Shown here piece after piece: positions 57,980 to 64,000 of a stretch of 64,000 nucleotides of DNA. Position 1 is the stretch's first letter, and each line of letters opens with the position of its first letter. The notes beneath the pieces are model-generated. The model made no database searches and was not told the DNA's origin. It was given only the letters and a program-made list of their open reading frames with translations. Source of the stretch: a bacterium (GTDB taxonomy: Bacteria; Patescibacteriota; Patescibacteriia; HK-STAS-PATE-3); the NCBI GenBank assembly GCA_043800725.1, contig JAZDMR010000015.1:68065-132064 (forward strand). Direction: 5' to 3'. Made by a program: the position numbers and the translations under genes.

Positions 57980-59026
57980 ATGTTACTTGATACGTTTTCC
58001 ATAATAAAGGTTTTATCTTTTGCGGCTGTAGCATTTATAGTCACAGTTATTTGGACTCCATTTCTAACAAATTTTTTATACAAGCATAAAATAGGCAAAC
58101 AAATTCGCGATTCTGGTTCAGCACCGATATTTGCCAAGCTTCACATGAAAAAGTCAGGCACTCCTACTATGGGCGGTGTTTTAATTTGGATAACGACTTT
58201 GGGGCTAGCTTTACTGTTTGCCTGCTTAGCCGCCATAACTGAAGTGCCGTTTTTCAAAGACATTAATTTTCTTACTCGTTCAGAAACCCTATTGCCGCTA
58301 GGCGCCTTGATAGCCACTGCTTTGGTGGGACTAGCTGATGACTATTTCAATGTGAGGAAAATGGGAGCTAATGGCGGCGGACTTAGGGTCAGACATAAAT
58401 TAGTCATATATTCCGTTATTTCGATTATTGCTGCTTGGTGGTTTGTGGCCAAACTTGATTGGACTACTATACATGTTCCATTTGCGGGCAACTTTGATAT
58501 TGGCTGGTGGTTTGCTCCGATCATTATATTTATTATTGTGGCCACATCTTTTTCAGTGAATGAAACCGATGGTCTTGATGGTTTAGCCGGCGGAACCTTG
58601 TTAGCTGCTTTTTTTGCCTTTGCCTTTATTGCTTTTATGCAGGATAAGGTTAATTTAGCTACATTCTGTGCTGTTATTTCCGGAAGCTTACTGGCTTTTT
58701 TGTGGTTCAATATATCTCCGGCCAGGTTTTTTATGGGTGATACGGGTTCGATGGCGCTGGGGACCACCCTAGGTATTGTGGCGATTCTTACTAATTCAGT
58801 ATTTATATTGCCAATTATTGGCTTGGTGTTTATGGTCGAAGCTTTGTCAGTGATTATTCAGCTGCTATCGAAAAAAATAAGGAAAAAGAAAATATTTCAA
58901 TCTTCACCTCTGCATCATCATTTAGAGGCAATTGGCTGGCCAGAAACAAAAATTGTTATGCGTTTTTGGGTAATCTCCGCAGTCATGGCGGTAGCTGGAG
59001 TAAGCTTTTATTTGATCGACAAATAA
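57980..59026 (+). CDS. mraY: phospho-N-acetylmuramoyl-pentapeptide transferase
   Basis: GTPTMGG, the DD(Y/F) motif in GLADDYFN, NETDGLDGLAGG, and 10 TM helices. Confidence 0.85.
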   Translation: MLLDTFSIIKVLSFAAVAFIVTVIWTPFLTNFLYKHKIGKQIRDSGSAPIFAKLHMKKSGTPTMGGVLIWITTLGLALLFACLAAITEVPFFKDINFLTRSETLLPLGALIATALVGLADDYFNVRKMGANGGGLRVRHKLVIYSVISIIAAWWFVAKLDWTTIHVPFAGNFDIGWWFAPIIIFIIVATSFSVNETDGLDGLAGGTLLAAFFAFAFIAFMQDKVNLATFCAVISGSLLAFLWFNISPARFFMGDTGSMALGTTLGIVAILTNSVFILPIIGLVFMVEALSVIIQLLSKKIRKKKIFQSSPLHHHLEAIGWPETKIVMRFWVISAVMAVAGVSFYLIDK

Positions 59027-59027
59027 T

Positions 59028-60440
59028 ATGGCAAAAAAAATAATAAGCAACCCAGTACTTTTTAAGTCTCTGGCTAGGATTTGGAAAGGAAAAAAAGTAA
59101 TTGTGATGGGTTTGGGTGTTTATGAATGGGGCAGCGGCTGGTCATCAGCAGCTTTTTTTGCTGAGTTGGGTTCCAAGGTAACTGTCACTGACTTAAAAAG
59201 CAAAGCTCAGCTACAGCAGGGGATTAAGGCATTAAAAAAGTATAAGATTAAGTATGTCCTTGGCAGGCATAGATTAACTGACTTTAGCAACGCTGATTTA
59301 ATTGTAAAAAATCCTGTAGTCAAAAACAGCTCTATATATTTAAAACAGGCCAGAAAAAATAACATACCCATAGAAACTGATATAAGCTTTTTTGTTCAAA
59401 ACTGTCCCAGTATAATAATTGGAATAACAGGTACAAGGGGTAAAACTACCACTGCTACGCTTATTCAGCATATGCTGAAATCAAAATGGCCAAATCTATT
59501 ATTAGGCGGCAATTTAGGAACTTCGCCCTTGCGCTCTCTTTATAAGTGCAAAAAAGAAGAGCCAGTTATCTTAGAACTATCTAGCTGGATGCTGGAAAGT
59601 ATGGCAGAAAAGAAAATTAGCCCTCATATCTCGTTAATAACAAATATTTATCCAGATCATCTAAATTATTACACAAGCTATACTTCTTATATAAAAGCCA
59701 AAGCAAATATTGTTAAATATCAATCCATAAAAGATGTTTGCTTTTATAATTATGATCAGGCTCTGGTCAGAGACATGGTGTTATTTGCCAAAAGCCAAAA
59801 ACAACCGTTTTCATTAAAAAACCTCTCATCTAAACATGTTTGTTTGCATGGTAATAAAATTAAACTTGGCACCAAGACAATAGGAGACATTAGTAATTTA
59901 CAAATACCCGGAAGCCACAATATTGAAAACGCCATTGCCGCCGTATCAGTTGCCAACCATTTTAAAGTTAATTCAGCCATTATAAATACCAAACTAAAAT
60001 CATTTAAAGGCGTACATGACCGACTGGAAAAAGTGCGAAAAATTGGATCGATTACTTTTTATAACGACACCACAGCCACTATTCCAGAAGCAACCATTTC
60101 AGCTATTAGATCACTGCCTGAGCCGATTGTGCTTATTGCGGGAGGAACAGATAAAGAGCTGAAATTTAATCAGCTTGTCTCAATTATAAAAAAGGAAGTA
60201 AGTCAGCTGATTTTATTGCCAGGTACGGCTACCCAGAAAATAATTAAGCAATTGAATAAAAATAACTATAATTTTATCGGGCCTGTAAAAGATATGCCAC
60301 AAGCCGTAAGCCAGGCCGTGAAAGTAGCGGCAAAAAATTCAAGTGTTTTGTTATCGCCAGCCAGCGCCAGCTTTGGCTTGTTTATTAACGAATTTGATAG
60401 AGGCAAACAGTTTATTGGCGCAGTTAAGAAACTGAAATAA
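59028..60440 (+). CDS. murD: UDP-N-acetylmuramoylalanine--D-glutamate ligase
   Basis: Mur ligase P-loop GITGTRGKTTT and MurD N-terminal Rossmann region (VIVMGLGV). Confidence 0.85.
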   Translation: MAKKIISNPVLFKSLARIWKGKKVIVMGLGVYEWGSGWSSAAFFAELGSKVTVTDLKSKAQLQQGIKALKKYKIKYVLGRHRLTDFSNADLIVKNPVVKNSSIYLKQARKNNIPIETDISFFVQNCPSIIIGITGTRGKTTTATLIQHMLKSKWPNLLLGGNLGTSPLRSLYKCKKEEPVILELSSWMLESMAEKKISPHISLITNIYPDHLNYYTSYTSYIKAKANIVKYQSIKDVCFYNYDQALVRDMVLFAKSQKQPFSLKNLSSKHVCLHGNKIKLGTKTIGDISNLQIPGSHNIENAIAAVSVANHFKVNSAIINTKLKSFKGVHDRLEKVRKIGSITFYNDTTATIPEATISAIRSLPEPIVLIAGGTDKELKFNQLVSIIKKEVSQLILLPGTATQKIIKQLNKNNYNFIGPVKDMPQAVSQAVKVAAKNSSVLLSPASASFGLFINEFDRGKQFIGAVKKLK

Positions 60441-60495
60441 TCAATTATCAAATATCAATATTCAAGAAAGAATTAGTAATTAGTACCTAGTAATC

Positions 60496-61617
60496 ATGCA
60501 AAAGCAGCATCAGCCAGACTATCCTTTAATGTTCATAATTCTTGGATTGGTTGTTTTTGGTCTGATTATGCTTTCCTCAGCTTCGTCAGTCAGCTCATTT
60601 CAGCAGTTTGGCGATCCTAATGTACTGATCAAAAGGCAAATGTTAAGCGCGTTAGTTGCCGTGGCAGTATTTTTTATCATGATGAGGTTTGATTATAAAA
60701 TTTGGAAAAATTTGGCCTTGGTCATGCTGCTGATATCAATTGGTTTTTTGGTTATGGTGTTTATTCCAGGTATTGGCGTGGAATACTTGGGCGCCAGGCG
60801 TTGGATAGATTTAGGCATTCAATTCCAGCCGACCGAAGTAGTTAAATTAACTTTCTTGATTTATCTAGCAAGCTGGCTGGTTAAAAAGAAAGAAGGGTTA
60901 AAAGACATCACAATAAGTTTTATGCCTTTCTTGATTTTATTGGGTACGATTACTTTATTAGTCATGGCTCAGCCCGATCTGGGCACTATGACGGTAATCG
61001 CCTTGATTGCCATGGTAACGTATTTTGTGGCCGGCGCACCGTTGATTCACTTTGTCTGGATAGCCGGAATCAGCGCAGCGTTGTTTGGCGTTTTAATAAA
61101 AATTGCCCCATATCGCGCAGCCAGATTCACGGTATTTCTTAATCCTGAATTGGATCCCCAGGGCGTGGGCTATCATATTAATCAGGCGTTACTGGCCATT
61201 GGTTCTGGCGGAATCTTCGGCGTAGGCTTGGGCCATTCTCGTCAAAAATTTAATTATTTGCCGGAAGCTTCAGGCGACTCCATATTCGCCATAATTGCAG
61301 AGGAGCTGGGATTTATCATGGTTACGCTACTAGTACTGGCTTTTTTGTTTTTGCTGATTAGGGGTTTCAATGTAGCCAGAAACGCTCCTGATATGTTTGG
61401 CAAGCTAATGGCTACTGGTATTACTACTTGGTTTGCTTTTCAGGCTTTTATAAATATTGGCGCGCTATCGGGAATCCTGCCGCTAACAGGAATTCCTTTG
61501 CCGTTTATCAGCTTTGGCGGTTCTGCTTTAATAATATCCATGGCCGCGGCCGGTATCTTATTAAATATTAGCAGACAGACCAGTTTGGCAAATAAATCGC
61601 CTAGCAGGGGTTATTAA
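60496..61617 (+). CDS. ftsW: SEDS-family peptidoglycan glycosyltransferase / lipid II flippase FtsW
   Basis: 10 TM helices and conserved SEDS blocks (PSEVVKLTFLIYLASWL, GDSIFAIIAEELGF). dcw context after murD. Confidence 0.8.
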   Translation: MQKQHQPDYPLMFIILGLVVFGLIMLSSASSVSSFQQFGDPNVLIKRQMLSALVAVAVFFIMMRFDYKIWKNLALVMLLISIGFLVMVFIPGIGVEYLGARRWIDLGIQFQPTEVVKLTFLIYLASWLVKKKEGLKDITISFMPFLILLGTITLLVMAQPDLGTMTVIALIAMVTYFVAGAPLIHFVWIAGISAALFGVLIKIAPYRAARFTVFLNPELDPQGVGYHINQALLAIGSGGIFGVGLGHSRQKFNYLPEASGDSIFAIIAEELGFIMVTLLVLAFLFLLIRGFNVARNAPDMFGKLMATGITTWFAFQAFINIGALSGILPLTGIPLPFISFGGSALIISMAAAGILLNISRQTSLANKSPSRGY

Positions 61618-61655
61618 GAAATAAAATTACCGGAGTTTAATTATATTTTCTTATT

Positions 61656-62279
61656 ATGAATAAACAAAAAACCCAAGTATTTCATATCCATGGCGGAAAT
61701 ACCTTTTACAATAAAAAAGAATATTTAAGGTATTTGAAAACCCGGGATATTAGAATTGAAAAAAAGATAAGCTGGAATGGTGATTACTTGGAAAATAAAC
61801 TGGGAAAAGAATTTCAAATTATCCAACCCCGCATGCCGCTTCAGGATTGTGCCAAGTATGATGAATGGAAAATACACTTTGAGAGATTTATCCCAAAACT
61901 AAGAAGTAATATAATACTTATTGGACAATCATTGGGTGGCATTTTCTTGGCTAAGTATTTGTCAGAAAATAAATTTCCAAAGAAAATTCTATCAACCTAT
62001 CTGGTTTGTCCTCCATTTGATAATACTTTACCCACAGAAAACCTGGTTGGCGGATTTAAGTTGAAAGCAGATTTGTCTTTATTGGAAACTAATTCCAAAA
62101 ATCTTTATCTGCTGTTTTCAAAAAACGATAAAGTGGTTCCTGTATCACAAGCTAAAAAATATGAAAACAAGCTAAAACATGCCAAGATTATCATTTACAA
62201 GCACATCAAAGGCCATTTTCAAATATCAAAGTTTCCCGAGATTGTCAGAATGATTAAGCAAGATGTGAGAAATTGCTAA
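61656..62279 (+). CDS. alpha/beta-fold serine hydrolase (YdeN/RBBP9-like)
   Basis: GQSLGG nucleophile elbow and N-terminal FHIHGG. Low-GC gene. Confidence 0.45.
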   Translation: MNKQKTQVFHIHGGNTFYNKKEYLRYLKTRDIRIEKKISWNGDYLENKLGKEFQIIQPRMPLQDCAKYDEWKIHFERFIPKLRSNIILIGQSLGGIFLAKYLSENKFPKKILSTYLVCPPFDNTLPTENLVGGFKLKADLSLLETNSKNLYLLFSKNDKVVPVSQAKKYENKLKHAKIIIYKHIKGHFQISKFPEIVRMIKQDVRNC

Positions 62280-62337
62280 TCAATATTTTTAATCTATCTT
62301 GTTATGTGTTTAGGAAGAGAGGTATGATGAGAATATC

Positions 62338-63714
62338 ATGAACAACCTTTTTGAATTTTCTGATTTATCGCTAACTCAACTGGCACCTACATATGCTCAA
62401 GGGTCTATTTGGCTGGAGGAAGGTATGGATAAGCAAATTGCCACCTTTGATTTGCTTATCAGGGATATGCCAAAAAACAGGAATTACCTGGTTTATGGCG
62501 GACTAGAAGAGATCGTCCATTATTTAAAAAATTTGAAATATTCGGATGAACAAATTCAACTTTTACGTAAAGGCGGCCTGATCACAAATAAATTTGCCAA
62601 ATATTTAGAAAAGTTTAGTTTTTCAGGGGATGTTTATGCTCTGCCAGAGGGAACGATATTTTTCCCAGGCGAACCTATTGTCCGTATAACAGCGCCGGTA
62701 ATCGAAGCATCACTCATTGAAATTGCGCTATTTGGCATAACCGTATCCAATGTGATTTATTTATCAAAGGCCGCCAGGATAAAGAGTGTTATAGAAAATA
62801 AAAGCGTAAGCTTGGGCATGCAACGGGCGCATTCTTTTGAATCTGGCTTGAAAGGCTTGCGTAACGGTGACATTTGCGGATTGTCAGCCAATGCCTGGCC
62901 GGTCTTTGTAAATAAATATAAAATACCAGAAAATAGAGAATATCTAATTAATGGTCAGCATTTTTTTATCAAATCATTCCCCAATGAAATTACCGCTTTT
63001 AGAAAACTTGCAAAATATTTTCCCAAAGATGTTTCTTTCATGATAGACACTTATGATATCAGTCAGGGTTTAAAAAATGCCATCACCATAGGAAGAGAAT
63101 TAAAGCAAAAAGGCCACACTCTGCGGTATGTCACTATTGATGCCGGTGATTTAGGTAAATTATCACGAATGGTCAGAAAAGGATTAGATGGAAACGGCCT
63201 TGATAAAGTTAAGATTATCGCAGCAACAAATTTGGATGAATACAAAATTAAACACTTAATGAAAAAGAAAGCTCCAATTGATGTATTTATCGTAGCAACT
63301 GAATATTCAACAATGTCTGATTCTCCGAATATTGAAGTGGTATACAAAATTGCTGAACTTCGCGATGGAAAGAAAATTCACAATACTGCAAAGTTAACAC
63401 CGGGAAAAGTCAGCTACCCGGGACGTAAACAGGTTTTTCGTGAGTTTAAAAAGGGTAAAATATATCGAGATACAATTGGTTTGGAAAACGAAAAGTTTGG
63501 AACTCCTTTACTTAAAATGGTAATAAAAAAAGGGAGGCCAGTAGTAAAAATGCCAAAGATAAAGACTATACAAAAATATTTCAATAGGCAGTTAGCCTCC
63601 ATACCAACAAAACTCCTAGACATTGAAAAAAAACAGACATACCAGGTTGATGTAAGTAATAAATTAAAAAATTTGTTGACTAAAGTCGAACAAGAGCAAA
63701 AAAGCAGTAAATAA
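62338..63714 (+). CDS. pncB: nicotinate phosphoribosyltransferase family protein
   Basis: The N-terminal LTQLAPTYAQGSIWLEEGMDKQIATFDLLIR...YLVYGGLEE pattern and its size fit NAPRTase. Not verified by search. Confidence 0.55.
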   Translation: MNNLFEFSDLSLTQLAPTYAQGSIWLEEGMDKQIATFDLLIRDMPKNRNYLVYGGLEEIVHYLKNLKYSDEQIQLLRKGGLITNKFAKYLEKFSFSGDVYALPEGTIFFPGEPIVRITAPVIEASLIEIALFGITVSNVIYLSKAARIKSVIENKSVSLGMQRAHSFESGLKGLRNGDICGLSANAWPVFVNKYKIPENREYLINGQHFFIKSFPNEITAFRKLAKYFPKDVSFMIDTYDISQGLKNAITIGRELKQKGHTLRYVTIDAGDLGKLSRMVRKGLDGNGLDKVKIIAATNLDEYKIKHLMKKKAPIDVFIVATEYSTMSDSPNIEVVYKIAELRDGKKIHNTAKLTPGKVSYPGRKQVFREFKKGKIYRDTIGLENEKFGTPLLKMVIKKGRPVVKMPKIKTIQKYFNRQLASIPTKLLDIEKKQTYQVDVSNKLKNLLTKVEQEQKSSK

Positions 63715-63803
63715 CCATTTATCACTCAATAAAATTGCACACAAGAAAAACCCGCCAGGTCGAAAAATGACATAGCGGGAAGCAATAGGTTTGCTCAGTC
63801 CTT

Positions 63804-64000
63804 TATTTTCCCTGATTAAGGGTAACTTTAAGTCCGGCAAGCGCCTCGAAAAACTTATCTTGCCAGTATTGCTGGTGCTCTGACCCCACAGGTACTGAGT
63901 TATTATAAAGAGCATTAGCAATCGCAAAGAGGTGTTCTTGACCATCAGTTCCTAGATCTACCAAGCCATCCATATTTTTATCGTAAATCTCATTGGCAAG
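63804..64000 (-). CDS. C-terminal fragment of an unassigned minus-strand gene (the 5' portion lies beyond the window)
   Basis: Open minus-strand frame from the window edge (...LANEIYDKNMDGLVDLGTDGQEHLFAIANALYNNSVPVGSEHQQYWQDKFFEALAGLKVTLNQGK) down to stop TAA at 63806..63804. Convergent with pncB. Confidence 0.3.

Noticed and set aside
63715-63803. Bidirectional rho-independent terminator between pncB and the convergent partial gene
   Set aside because: Only a weak 5-bp stem (cccgc...gcggg) with a ~19-nt loop and no T-tract. This is not convincing.
1-64000. tRNA and rRNA genes
   Set aside because: Scanning intergenic spaces found no cloverleaf-compatible segments with a GTTCGAATC-type T-loop in proper context, and no rRNA-like conserved stretches. 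All sizeable intergenic regions are accounted for by the REP arrays.
1-64000. Defense island, prophage or toxin-antitoxin content
   Set aside because: I recognised no restriction-modification, Cas, abortive-infection, integrase, terminase or capsid signatures. The only mobile signature is the RAYT/REP region. The novelty in this window appears to be in glycosylation-related proteins rather than defense.

Overview
The window reads as a low-GC bacterial chromosome segment, about 45-50% GC at baseline with islands of 25-32%. My guess is a small-genome CPR/Patescibacteria-like organism. I base that on the short archaeal-type AhcY, weak Shine-Dalgarno signals, type IV pilus genes without a secretin, and many GT-C membrane glycosyltransferases. 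This lineage call is inference only.

Three blocks make up the window. (1) From 1 to ~39 kb is a very large cell-surface glycan/glycosylation supercluster. It holds at least 14 GT2/GT4 glycosyltransferases, 5 SAM-dependent methyltransferases, a Wzx-like flippase and a GtrB/DPM1-like polyprenyl-phosphate GT2 paired with DUF2304. It also holds several polytopic membrane proteins, two of them clear GT-C/PMT-like (27530..29158 here; a third lies in the pilus block at 55811..57664) and two uncertain (13113..14660, 22265..23797), plus a UDP-sugar epimerase and the dTDP-rhamnose genes rmlC and rmlB-rmlD-rmlA. A SAM-recycling/threonine-degradation group (PfkB kinase, ahcY, tdh, kbl) sits inside it. 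The first ~11 kb forms a markedly AT-rich island of minus-strand GT/MTase genes, including a GT4 gene split by a frameshift at a poly-T/poly-A tract. (2) At 24.9-26.2 kb an IS200-like/RAYT tyrosine transposase sits between arrays of ~120-bp palindromic REP-like repeats. One repeat hairpin carries a GC-rich ~106-nt insertion. (3) From 40.4 kb to the end are housekeeping genes (murA, ctp, rplI, pyrG, rpmA) and a type IV pilus locus (pilM-pilN-pilO, PilX-like protein, two prepilin-signal proteins, pilC, pilB, and a PMT/ArnT-like GT-C membrane protein). Directly after come the dcw genes mraY-murD-ftsW, a small hydrolase and a nicotinate phosphoribosyltransferase.

No rRNA, tRNA or CRISPR array was recognised. 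The most novel-looking elements are two pairings of a GT-C membrane protein with a paralogous exported protein family that has no recognisable function. Equally notable are the methyltransferase-rich low-GC GT island with a homopolymer-interrupted GT4 gene, and the RAYT/REP region with the nested insertion.
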